Assembly (NCBI GenBank): GCA_965153355.1 | Contig: OZ231126.1 | Location: 49,662,001-49,726,000, forward strand | DNA length: 64,000 bases | Reading direction: 5' to 3' | Source: Flaccisagitta enflata | Lineage: Eukaryota | Shown here: piece after piece, positions 28,183 to 38,144 of the stretch | Position numbering within the stretch: the first letter of the stretch is position 1 | How the letters are laid out: the number at the start of each line of letters is the position of its first letter | Position numbers and translations under genes: made by a program | The notes under the pieces: model-generated | What the model saw: only the letters and a program-made list of their open reading frames with translations | Told to the model about the DNA's origin: nothing | The model's database searches: none

Positions 28183-28493
28183 CCCAGCAGCCTCCAACTA
28201 GAAACATTGGGATAGACACAGCAGCCCCCCAGCAGCCCCCATTATCAGTATGTGTGTTGATTTTAAGTCTAGCAGCCCCTTCTACAACTTTGGGGATAGG
28301 ACCAGCAGCCCCCCAGCAGCCCCCCACTACAAATACGGGGATAGACTCAGCAGCCCCCCAGCAGCCCCTAGACTCAACATTGCAGTGAAGTCTAGCAGCC
28401 CTATCTTACAACTGTGGGGATAGGAACAGCAGCCCCCCAGCAGCCCCCCACTTAAAAATACGGGGATAGACTCAGCAGCCCCCCAGCAGCCCC

Positions 28494-28875
28494 TGTCAGG
28501 TTTAAAGTCCCCGCTGACTGTATCTGGTCAACCCTAGTTTCAGTATCGCCTAAGTATCTATTCAAATGAGTCGAAACGCGCGTAACTTTACGGACTTTAG
28601 CTTTATTCCGAATTGGTTACACTGTAAAGGAAAAGAAAGTATCATGAGAAACTGACAAATAGTGACAGACTGACATACTGACTGACAATTCATTACCGCA
28701 ATAACATACCGAGGTATTCGACGTAATATTCCAACAGATGTCAAATATCAATTTGGTTCAAGAAGATGATTCTTACGACTATCAAGCTAAGAAGGATTCA
28801 GAAGTCTAAAAGCATTATCTATCAATCTGTCTATCATCCGCGTAGTCTCTGTGATTCGACGATGCGTAACTAACA
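28494..28875 (-). repeat. 3' LTR
   Basis: Direct repeat of 38145-38526; minus-strand AATAAA at 28602-28607. Confidence 0.98.
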
Positions 28876-29653
28876 CCACCACCAATCAATGGTGGATTGA
28901 TTTCACTCCAACGTATCGTCCTTCCAGGTTCCGGTTCCAGCTCTGTTGTCTTGCTGCGGCTCCGGCGTGCAGCAGCAGTCGAAAGGCGGCAACTCCGTTG
29001 ATCAGTCGGTACTTCCGCGAAATTTGTTTCCAGATCCATTTTGACGTTCTTATCCAACTCCAGCATTCGTATCCAACTCCAGCATTCGTATCCAACTCCA
29101 GCATTCAGACAGACGGCTAGTTTGAATGTTTTCCATTCAAAGGGCTTGCTAATCATGTTCAGTAATTGATCCCATTACTTAAGATAAATAATGATCCGTG
29201 GACTAGCTTATGAATGATAAACCATTCATCTCATCATATATCTCTTTGTTTGTGTTTGAATACAATTGATTAAGAGAACAAAACGCTTTTTCTATTTAAG
29301 CATAAAGTAGAAGGGAGGCAGTGAAGGAGGCGAAGGCAAAAAGAGCAAGAATAAGGGAGAATCAATCTGTCGCCGAATTATCCTAGGCTCACAGATATAT
29401 AAAAAAATTGATCAAGGAAGTTTGGGAAAATGGGTCCAGCAAAGGGGGAAGGTTTCATTTTCGGGTTCAGACATAAATGGGGGTTTGTTAAAAATGAAAT
29501 AATTTCGCGTGTAGCAGCGGGGCATCTGAATTTCTCCCCGGCAGTAGCGATCAAAGTTGCGAGGTGTGATGCAGATGTAGCCCAGGTCAATCCCTGGGCG
29601 TAGTTTGGGGAGCGGACTGTGATAGCCTGAGGGAGATAAGGGAAATTTCAAGC

Positions 29654-30663
29654 TCAGATTAAACTGTTATTTTGCCAATTTCTACGCTTGATTCGATCGC
29701 GCTCTCTTTTCATTTCTTCAAGACGGCGCTTCATTCCTCGAACAGAGTTTTCCTGTTCCATAACAGCAGCTTCTAGTGTGCAAATCGCCCTTTTGAGGTA
29801 ATGATCCGCATTACCGTTATGAATGTAGCCTGAGACGATATTTCCCGAGTCTTGGGAGAAGTCGAGGATCGCGGCTTCCGAAGGTCGCGCGCGAGGTTGA
29901 CCCTCCGCTGGGACGACGGTCACGTCGGCAACATCGGCGGGATGCTCGGTCGTGAGATCGATGGACTCGACCGGTGGGAGGTTATCAGACTGTAAAGAGG
30001 AGGGAAATAATGATGAGTCTGAGGTACTTTTGCTAGGTAAATGTAAAGGCGTTTGTTTCCCGTAGAAATTGATATTAGTGATTTTAGATTTTACCTCCGT
30101 CGAAGGTGGTGTGGGTTCGGCGGTGGTGCATGAGGGCGACGCTGTGAAGCTTCTCAGCAGTCGCACGTCGGCTGCGTGTATTTGTCTGTTGTGGGGAAGG
30201 TGATAATGGATAAGGATACCTTATCATCATGTTGTTATATGCAAGTGTCTTGTCAAACGCTTAACATTTGGTTGCACTTACTATCTCCAAATTTTACGAG
30301 TCCAACGTTGTAGTCGTAGTCCTCTATGTCCTTCAGATCGTCGTCGTCGCTAGCGGCAGCAGCGGTGACAGCAGCAGCGGCGTCTTCCGTCGCAGCGGCG
30401 TCTTCCGTCGCAGCGGCAGAAGCAGCGGCGCTTCGGTTGTCGTCGTCGTCTGTGACGGCGCAGTCGCTGTCGATCAATTCCTCTTCGTCGTCGTCGGGTC
30501 CCGTGACGAGGACGTCCGGAATCGAATCTTTCTTCTGAGGGGAATAGTGGTTAAGTTGAGGATAATGGTTTTTCCTATGGGGTTGTGAGTGAATCGTCAT
30601 TTAGAGAGAAAGAAGAATTAATGGTTCCATTAATTCATTTACCTCAACGATACGCCTATCCAT
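29654..30663 (-). CDS. Putative spliced accessory gene in the LTR element; exons 30643-30663, 30282-30534, 30095-30171, 29654-29989 (228 aa; acidic N-terminal half, coiled-coil-like C-terminus)
   Basis: Three GT-AG introns of 108, 110 and 105 nt with compatible phases (0,1,0) join three ORF-track fragments into one frame. Confidence 0.7.
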
Positions 30664-31000
30664 GATGAGAGAGGAGGAGGAGGCGATGATGCGTGTGAGG
30701 AGGTGAGGAAGAGGAGGAGGAGGGGGCGCGGGATTGTTGTTGTTATTGTCACTGTTGATTGTTTGTTTTTGTTTTTTGATGAGAGTATAGCTAAACACTC
30801 TGTTGAGCAAAGGAAATCAATGAGAGGAAGTTTTAGCAAAGTTTGAAATGTAATTTAATGACAGAGGATAATTTTAGCGGAGGAAATCAAAGAAGGAAAG
30901 TTTTAATGAGGATGAGATTTCTAAAAGAGGCGATTTGAAACTTAAATGTAATTTGGCGACATAGGATGATATTTGAGAGATACTAATGATTTCCATTAGT

Positions 31001-32374
31001 TTATTCATCCAGTTCCAAAGGGACGATTTTACACAGATGTCTTTCGAGTTTTGTCCCATTTGGTAAGTCAATTTCCACTCGGCGAACATGATTCTTATCG
31101 GCGGTAAGAATCTTACTTATCCTCCCAATTCGCCAGAGCTCGCGCGGCTGAAGCTCATCAACTAGGATGACTAATTGTCCCAGGCGCGGATTTTTTGTGG
31201 AGGACGTCCACTTTGTCCGTCGTTGCAATTCAATCACATATTCTTGTTGCCAACGTTGCCAGAATTCTTCGATGACTTCGCGGACGCGGCGCCATGAAGC
31301 CCTCAAGTGATCACCTGAGGATAATGGAGGAAGGATATTGACAGAGGTAGGTGTGATCATGTACGGGTACAAGAAGTTAGCGGGAGAAAGAGTTTGAGGG
31401 TCTGAGGGATCAGAAGACATAGGGGTGATAGGTCTGCGATTCAAAATCCCCATGACCTCTGACAAGATAGTTTCAAAACTGTCAAGGTCAAGTTCGCTTT
31501 TTTGCTCATAAATGATAGCTGCAATGTGTTTTTTAGCGCTTTGTACACAGCGCTCCCAAACTCCACCCGCGTGAGGGGTGTGGGGTGGACCAAAATGCCA
31601 AGTCAGTCCCTTGACAGCTAGTTCTTTGTTTGTCTGTTCGTTGTCCCAGAGTGCAACACTTTCAGCCAATTCTCGGGATGCCCATTTGAAGTTTGAACCA
31701 CAATCACACCAAAGTGATTCAAGGCCCGGGAATTGATTGTGAAACCGAATCAGAGCATTTATGAAAGATTCCGTTGACATGTCTTTCAAACTGATCAGAC
31801 TAATGGCCCTTGTTGAAAAACAAGTAAACAATAACACATAGCGTTTCTTTAACCCTCTGCCTGTGTACTTTAGGGAAAAGGGACCAAAAACGTCGCAACC
31901 TGTTTCAGCAAAGGGCTGGGTGAGTTCTAACCTTTCTGCTGGGAGATCGGCCTCCCGCTGGTGTTGTGGTTGTTTGTCTCTCCTTTGGCAGTAGGTGCAA
32001 GTGTCCACAACGCGTTTGATGGCCGATTTTCCGCCAAAGATAAAGAACCTTTGGAGTAATCCGTGGAAGGTCTGTAAACGAGAGGAATGAGCGTTAGATT
32101 CATGTTCAAAACGGATAAGAGATTTAACAATCTCTTCTTTGCATGGGTTGGGAAGAATCAAAGAGAATTTTTGGTCAAAGGAGTAAGTGGTGGAATTTCC
32201 CAGCCTTCCACCCGTCCTTAAACAGAGGTTTTCATCGAGAAATGGGCTCAAATTTCTCAGGTGAGAATCTTTCCTTCTCAATTCAAATTGGGCGTTGGGT
32301 GTATTGACCCCCAACTTGACCAAAGACTCAATTTCAGGTTGGAAATGTTTGTACTGAATCGCACGTACTATCAT
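31001..32374 (-). CDS. BEL integrase region (HHCC, DDE core, C-terminal domain), frameshifted from the rest of pol
   Basis: HESNAH..CTYC; DVFGP; CDCGSNF; GGVWER; FWQRWQQEY. Confidence 0.95.
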   Translation of the reverse strand: MIVRAIQYKHFQPEIESLVKLGVNTPNAQFELRRKDSHLRNLSPFLDENLCLRTGGRLGNSTTYSFDQKFSLILPNPCKEEIVKSLIRFEHESNAHSSRLQTFHGLLQRFFIFGGKSAIKRVVDTCTYCQRRDKQPQHQREADLPAERLELTQPFAETGCDVFGPFSLKYTGRGLKKRYVLLFTCFSTRAISLISLKDMSTESFINALIRFHNQFPGLESLWCDCGSNFKWASRELAESVALWDNEQTNKELAVKGLTWHFGPPHTPHAGGVWERCVQSAKKHIAAIIYEQKSELDLDSFETILSEVMGILNRRPITPMSSDPSDPQTLSPANFLYPYMITPTSVNILPPLSSGDHLRASWRRVREVIEEFWQRWQQEYVIELQRRTKWTSSTKNPRLGQLVILVDELQPRELWRIGRISKILTADKNHVRRVEIDLPNGTKLERHLCKIVPLELDE

Positions 32375-35330
32375 TGTCTAGAAAACTAGGTTTCAATTTC
32401 CTCTCCTTCTTATCTTTCACATTAAAAATGCGTTTGGCACTGTCATTGTCTAGAAAACTAGGTTTCAATTTCCTCTCCTTCTTATCTTTCACATTAAAAA
32501 TGCGTTTGGCACTGAGAAACAAAAAACGCGAAAAGATCGCTACTCTTCTCACCTTTTTGTCCCAATGTTCAATTTTCTTTGTCACTTCCAACGACCAGTG
32601 AGGAGGAGGAGGAGAAGGAGGAGGAGGAATTGAAGGGATTTCCCTTTCCGCTTCATCTACTCTGATTGTGAGTAGTTCCAGTGGAGAAAATTCTGCTTCG
32701 CGGCTTGCTTCCATCGCGGCAGGATTGTTCGCTTTTTGCGGAGTGGGCGTGATGGGCCAATTTTCCATTGGCTCTCGCAAATAGTCCGGCCCTGAATGAA
32801 ATGGAGTCCATCTAGGGTCACCAGCGGTCAATCCACGAGAGCACCAATCCGCGGGATTGTGCTCTCCTGGAATGTGTTTCCATTCCAACGTGTCCGTCAG
32901 AGTCCAGATGTCTTTGAGTCTGAAATGTTCATAGGTTTTCTTTCGTCCGTCATAGTCATTGAGCCAGTTGATGACGCACATTGAATCTGTCATCAGAATC
33001 ATCTTTGAGTAGTTTTCCCCAGAGAGTCTTACTAATTCATCTCGTTTTCTGGCTAAAAGACGGGCAGCTTCAAGTTCAATTTTTGGGATAGAATCTTTAT
33101 GATCTTCCTGATTTTTCAAAATTCGTTTGTGCATGTTCAGGGGGACAACATGCGACTTGCTCAGTAAAAAGGCTACATGGGCGGGCTTATCCCCCCCACC
33201 TTTTACTGATTTACGGACATAGATAATACACCCATATCCTACTAAACTCGCATCACTGAAGCCCACAAGCCAGTTTTCAGCGTCTTCATAACCCAGAGCT
33301 GAGGTCCATCTGGATATTCTCAAATTTCTCAAGTTTTGCAAAGAGATCCGCCAGTCATTAACCTCTTTGCGCATTTCTGTTGGTAATTCTTCATCGTACT
33401 TCAAACCCATATCATTGACAATTTGGTACAAAATTTTCCCTTGTAATGTACAAGGGGCGTAAGCTCCATAAGGATCGAAATTACTGGCAGTTAAACGCAA
33501 AAAATCTCTTCTAGTCAAAACTGGCACATCGGCTTTAGCCGAGACTCTGACATAGAGTGAATCAGTTTTAGGGTCATACCCAGTTCCCAATATCTTACTT
33601 GTTGGGGTGGTTTCACTCGTCGGTTTCATCATATTGTTCACGTCCTGTTTGAAATATTCGGGAGTATGGAATATTTCACTGATTTTTTCTACGTTTCCTT
33701 CGCCGTCGAATTCTTCAAAATCGACTTCCAAGGGCTCGGCGAAGTTCTCATCCTCCTCCGGCTCTGTCACGTGATTTTCCACGTCATTTTTCTGAGGAGA
33801 AGAATCAGTTTCATCGGTTAAAATTTCAGGGTAGGGTGACTCCCACTTGGTGAGTTCAAACCCACCAAGCTTACAAGCCATGGTCAAGTCTTTCCGCATT
33901 TGTCTGGCTTCCTCAATGGAGTCTAGACTGTCAATATAATCGTCCATGTAAAATTGCTCTAGAATGGCGCGCACAATATCGCTCACAAACAGGTCAGCTA
34001 CCTCTTTGGCGTGATGTTGGAGCGTGAAGTTCGATACTGGAGGGCTGCTGGAAGCTCCAAAAATGTGCACAAGATGTTCGGCCACGACGATGTTTTCCAT
34101 CGTCTCACTTTCAAACCACAGAAACCTGAATGCAGAAATGTCAAGGGGGTGGATTAAAATTTGGTGAAAGAATCCTTTCACGTCCGCGCTGAGTGGATAT
34201 CTTTTCCTCCGCCAGCGCCACAGTACCCCAAGTAAGTTGTTAAGTAGATCCGGGCCACTTAACAATTCACCATTCAAGAAAATGCCTTTGTTCTTGGAGG
34301 CGGCGTCTAGACAAATTCTATATTTATTTGGCTTATCAGCCCGCCAAACTACGTGTATAGGTAAGTATACGCATGGGCTTCCTTCTGGTGCTTTCAGGTC
34401 AGTAATGATTCGTGCATGTCCAAGTGAAAGAGTTTCATTCATTTGGGCAAAGACACCAGCCTTTCTAACGGGATCCTTCTCAAATTTGACTTTTTCTTTC
34501 AATAATCTATTCTTAGCATTTGTAAAAGTGTCAACGGAGTTCAACCTTTTGGCTGCAGCTTCCCTCCCATTTTTCCATGGGACGCCGCATACCCAATGGC
34601 CTGATTCTAAATCAAAATATAGTGTATCCTTCATTTGTTTCAAAGAATAGTAATCATTTACTGAAAGATGGGTTTGTTCAGGGGAAAAGGCTTCATGACC
34701 TTTCATGATAAAATCATGTCTTAGCATGTAATCAACTTCCTTCTGTAGTGATTTTTCTTCTGTTTCAATCATAGCAAATCCCGTAGAAAGACTAGTGGTT
34801 TTATCCAAGGTTTCTAATGGGGGTCCAATGAGACACCAAGAGAACATAGTCTTGATTGCGAGAGGTTTAGATTCACTTTCAAATCTAAATTCATTTGTCG
34901 CCCAAGTATAGGCATATCGTGATCCCAATATCACCCCAATGGTTTTATTAGGCAATTCTTCAATGGTTATATCTGAAAGGTAATCTAACCCTTTCACATC
35001 ACTTTGACCTAAAGGTCTTTCGTTTTCAGCGGAGAGAATATTTCCCACCAGAGCTTTATTGACATCGATAGAAAAAGAGCCATCTAAAGGTTCAACTGTG
35101 AATTTAGCAAATTCAGTGTCAGGGTTATAAATTTTAGAGTTGAAAGTTGACAAGTTGCATGGTCTGGATTCAATTTCAGCATCAATTTCATATGCCACTT
35201 CATCTAAAATAGCTTCACAAGTGGCTCCTGAATCTAAAAGGGCGTAAGTAGTAGTGGAGCGATCCCCCCACTTAACTCGCACTGGCACTACAGGGCGAAT
35301 CGCACCACGTTCTACAAACGCCGCCGCTAG
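32334..35330 (-). CDS. pol: BEL pol: aspartic protease, reverse transcriptase, RNase H
   Basis: ALLDSGAT; RICLDAA, ADVKGFFHQI, FGASSSP, FYMDD; GFSDAS..GYG, IPKIELEAA, MTDS, NPADWCSRG. The frame opens right after the gag stop. Confidence 0.97.
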   Translation of the reverse strand, partial: LAAAFVERGAIRPVVPVRVKWGDRSTTTYALLDSGATCEAILDEVAYEIDAEIESRPCNLSTFNSKIYNPDTEFAKFTVEPLDGSFSIDVNKALVGNILSAENERPLGQSDVKGLDYLSDITIEELPNKTIGVILGSRYAYTWATNEFRFESESKPLAIKTMFSWCLIGPPLETLDKTTSLSTGFAMIETEEKSLQKEVDYMLRHDFIMKGHEAFSPEQTHLSVNDYYSLKQMKDTLYFDLESGHWVCGVPWKNGREAAAKRLNSVDTFTNAKNRLLKEKVKFEKDPVRKAGVFAQMNETLSLGHARIITDLKAPEGSPCVYLPIHVVWRADKPNKYRICLDAASKNKGIFLNGELLSGPDLLNNLLGVLWRWRRKRYPLSADVKGFFHQILIHPLDISAFRFLWFESETMENIVVAEHLVHIFGASSSPPVSNFTLQHHAKEVADLFVSDIVRAILEQFYMDDYIDSLDSIEEARQMRKDLTMACKLGGFELTKWESPYPEILTDETDSSPQKNDVENHVTEPEEDENFAEPLEVDFEEFDGEGNVEKISEIFHTPEYFKQDVNNMMKPTSETTPTSKILGTGYDPKTDSLYVRVSAKADVPVLTRRDFLRLTASNFDPYGAYAPCTLQGKILYQIVNDMGLKYDEELPTEMRKEVNDWRISLQNLRNLRISRWTSALGYEDAENWLVGFSDASLVGYGCIIYVRKSVKGGGDKPAHVAFLLSKSHVVPLNMHKRILKNQEDHKDSIPKIELEAARLLARKRDELVRLSGENYSKMILMTDSMCVINWLNDYDGRKKTYEHFRLKDIWTLTDTLEWKHIPGEHNPADWCSRGLTAGDPRWTPFHSGPDYLREPMENWPITPTPQKANNPAAMEASREAEFSPLELLTIRVDEAEREIPSIPPPPSPPPPHWSLEVTKKIEHWDKKVRRVAIFSRFLFLSAKRIFNVKDKKERKLKPSFLDNDSAKRIFNVKDKKERKLKPSFLDNDSTCDSVQTFPT

Positions 35331-37952
35331 TCATTTCTTTTCTACCGAAGGCTTTCCTTCGGGTCTTTCTGCACCATGCAACAGGTCATGGTGGCGTTTG
35401 CCACAAACTGAGCAAGTTTGATCTGAGGGACATGAGGAGGCCATGTGGCCCTTGCATAAGCATCTGTAGCAATAACCCTTGCTAAAACATAGGATAAACT
35501 TTTTGTCGCTGTCAATAAAGCTCTTACACTGGTCCAAACAGTGTTGCTCTTTGCCGTTACATACCTGGCATGAAGGAGGATCAGAAGGATTTTTTCCTTC
35601 TGGTTTTCCCGGTCGTTTGTCATTTCTTGGTCCGGTTTTTTGTTTCATGTGCTGTCGCTTCGGCGCGGCCGCAGCAGCAGCAGCAGCTGCAACGACCTCC
35701 GTGTCGATTTCTTCGTCGCATTCTTCAGAGTCGTCTTCGTCGGCCTCTGGATTCACGGCCGCGATACGGGCCGTCGTTTTCTTGTGTCCATTTCTGTGAA
35801 AGGACTGGGATCCATTCCCCCCAACGGATTTCCCATTGGGAGTCTGTCCGCCCGCGGTCTTAGCAGCCGCGGCCGATTGGTCGGAAATTTCCGCCTTCCT
35901 CTCCGCAATCCTGTATTGGGTTTTTAAGAAGGCAAGGAAATCTTTAAATGTTATGTCAGGAATATCCTGACCATCTCTCAAAAAACGATCTTCGTGTTTT
36001 TGGCTTTCTACTGCCCAACGCAAAATCAGAGAGGGCAGTTTCTTATTCAAGACTGTATTATATGTGTCTGAGGTGTTGAACGTGGCTTCCCGGTTTGTTT
36101 CAATCGATCTGAGGTGGGCATTTTGCAGGTGGAAAATGAAAGTCTGTAAGGCTTTATGATCTTTGGCATTGATCTGAGGCCCGGTCAACGTGTCATCTAA
36201 CATTTTTCTAGCTGTGTCCTTTCTACGTCCATATTCAGCCTTTAATTGTGTCAGGGTTCTGTCTATGTTTTCTTGTGCATTTGTTCCATTGCTATAGTTT
36301 TTAACAATGATGCCGGCGGGCCCACCAAACCAATGTTTAAGTTCCAAGGCTATCATTGTAGGGTTTGACCCCTCAATCTGTGTCACTTGGTGGAATTCTT
36401 GTACATGGGATTCAAAATCGATTCTCTTGTCTAAACCCGTGAAAACCTTGTCCTTCGGGGGACGGTTTTGAGACATGAGTTGGTGAGCAAGCAGGGCTTG
36501 TTGGCTAACTGCTACTTTATCGGTCGAGGTTTGGGCAGTGTGAACACTGCTCTTTGGTGGTTCGGGTTGGTGTATTGGTGGGTCTTTAGGTTGGTGGTAG
36601 GAGGGGTAGGTGTAACTATGATCTGACCAGGTCACATTTGTGGACGTGGAAGTTGGTTTCACTACATATGGGGTCCCGGTCGGTACGTAGATTGTGTTTC
36701 CTATGGTGATGTATGCTGGGGCTTCAATTGTTCGGGGCGGAAGGTGTGGACCATCCTCATGACTTATCTGAAAGGTTCTGTAGGCTGGGTTTTGAGGTCT
36801 TGGGGGTGACGCGGTTGTCCCTGAGAGTTTCATTAGGTTCTCCCTAATGTTAGAGGTCTGATCTGAGGTTGGGGTCGGGTTCCTTTTCTGGTTTGAATTT
36901 GAGGTCATATCTGAGGTCGTATTTTCTGGCAGATTCGCCCCCAGGGTCTGATCCCCTGGGGAGGAAGTGGTCTTGGTCGCTACCCCGGGGGGTGGTGGGA
37001 TAGAATCTACGAGTGGGTTATCAGCCACAATGTTGTCCGAGTTACTTTGCTTACCTACGGTAGAGTCCAAGGGCGACGGAGTAGGAGTGGTGTTCAGAGG
37101 CGTTTCCTCCGTCAAATTCGCGTTGTTGTTGTTCCAAGTCTCAACCTTGGAAGTGACTGAATCGGCCTTGACCGACTTTGATTCGATCGATTCTATTTCT
37201 TCGCTTATTTCGGCGAGGCCCTCTCTTCTCCTGGCCGCGTTTTTCAAGGCTCTCCTTTTAAATTTTTCCTCTTGGGTTTGGAATCTGATTTCCAATTCGT
37301 CCTTTTTTGCTTCAAACTCGCGTTCCATCTCCAATCTCATGGCTTCCAACTGTCTCTCCTTCTCGAGTCTCTCGGCCTCGAGTTTCCTTTCTAAGTTGCG
37401 CTTCGCCGCGTCGGATTTTTTCTTGTCTAGAGATAAATCTCCTTCATCTTCCTGGAAGCGTTCTTCTATGGCGTTCTGACGTGCGACCATTTCGCAACGG
37501 GACGTAGAAGATAGAGATTGGGATTTTCGGCTCGAGGCACGGGGGTTGTCCCCCCGGCGTTCGGATGGCGTTTTGGCGGCGCCGGTGGTGCTTCCATCAT
37601 GCGCCGGCGGCGGATCATTTACGTTCGCGGCGATGTCAAGCGCGGGGAGGTCGGTGAACGTGGGTTTCGTCGCTAAAATATTTTCTATCTCGGTGATTCT
37701 ATCAGTGACGCTATCGGCGCATTGTTGCGAGACGGCGTCGGTCGGTCTAAATTGTCGGAGCGAATTTAAAACGCCTTCTAGGGCGTCGCGTCGTTCATTC
37801 GATACTCGTTTCAAAGCGACGTCTTCGTTGTCTACGGTTGCGGCATACGCCGCTTTGAATTCTGTTATCAGTTTGTTCGCGTTTCTTACGTATTTGCGTG
37901 CGGCTCTATCGTCCACGACAGGATCGGCGAACAGATTTAAGCGTTGATCCAT
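35331..37952 (-). CDS. gag: BEL Gag (873 aa) with three C-terminal Cys/His knuckles
   Basis: CQVC..H..C, CYRC..H..C, CSVC..HH..H; N-terminal coiled-coil-like stretch. Confidence 0.95.
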   Translation of the reverse strand: MDQRLNLFADPVVDDRAARKYVRNANKLITEFKAAYAATVDNEDVALKRVSNERRDALEGVLNSLRQFRPTDAVSQQCADSVTDRITEIENILATKPTFTDLPALDIAANVNDPPPAHDGSTTGAAKTPSERRGDNPRASSRKSQSLSSTSRCEMVARQNAIEERFQEDEGDLSLDKKKSDAAKRNLERKLEAERLEKERQLEAMRLEMEREFEAKKDELEIRFQTQEEKFKRRALKNAARRREGLAEISEEIESIESKSVKADSVTSKVETWNNNNANLTEETPLNTTPTPSPLDSTVGKQSNSDNIVADNPLVDSIPPPPGVATKTTSSPGDQTLGANLPENTTSDMTSNSNQKRNPTPTSDQTSNIRENLMKLSGTTASPPRPQNPAYRTFQISHEDGPHLPPRTIEAPAYITIGNTIYVPTGTPYVVKPTSTSTNVTWSDHSYTYPSYHQPKDPPIHQPEPPKSSVHTAQTSTDKVAVSQQALLAHQLMSQNRPPKDKVFTGLDKRIDFESHVQEFHQVTQIEGSNPTMIALELKHWFGGPAGIIVKNYSNGTNAQENIDRTLTQLKAEYGRRKDTARKMLDDTLTGPQINAKDHKALQTFIFHLQNAHLRSIETNREATFNTSDTYNTVLNKKLPSLILRWAVESQKHEDRFLRDGQDIPDITFKDFLAFLKTQYRIAERKAEISDQSAAAAKTAGGQTPNGKSVGGNGSQSFHRNGHKKTTARIAAVNPEADEDDSEECDEEIDTEVVAAAAAAAAAPKRQHMKQKTGPRNDKRPGKPEGKNPSDPPSCQVCNGKEQHCLDQCKSFIDSDKKFILCFSKGYCYRCLCKGHMASSCPSDQTCSVCGKRHHDLLHGAERPEGKPSVEKK

Positions 37953-38144
37953 ATTTGTTTACCTCTTATTTTCTTTCGTTGATAGCAAGTCGATGAGAAT
38001 CTTCTTCTTCGTAGTTCTGTTTTCCGGAGGGTCTTTTTCGATGGAGTTGACACAAAGGCGATCAGAAACAAAAGGGCAATCGTGTTCGGGTCCTTCCAAG
38101 ACTTTCCCTTGGAAGAGGTTCTCACGCGAGAATAACTCGTGTAA

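Noticed and set aside
28562-28744. Identical 60-aa ORFs in both LTRs
   Set aside because: Non-AUG start; simply reflects LTR identity.
29654-30663. env gene interpretation of the 3' region
   Set aside because: No signal peptide, transmembrane helix or long Cys-rich ectodomain.
36967-37947. Antisense ORFs overlapping gag and pol
   Set aside because: Expected shadow frames of a long coding sequence; non-AUG starts.
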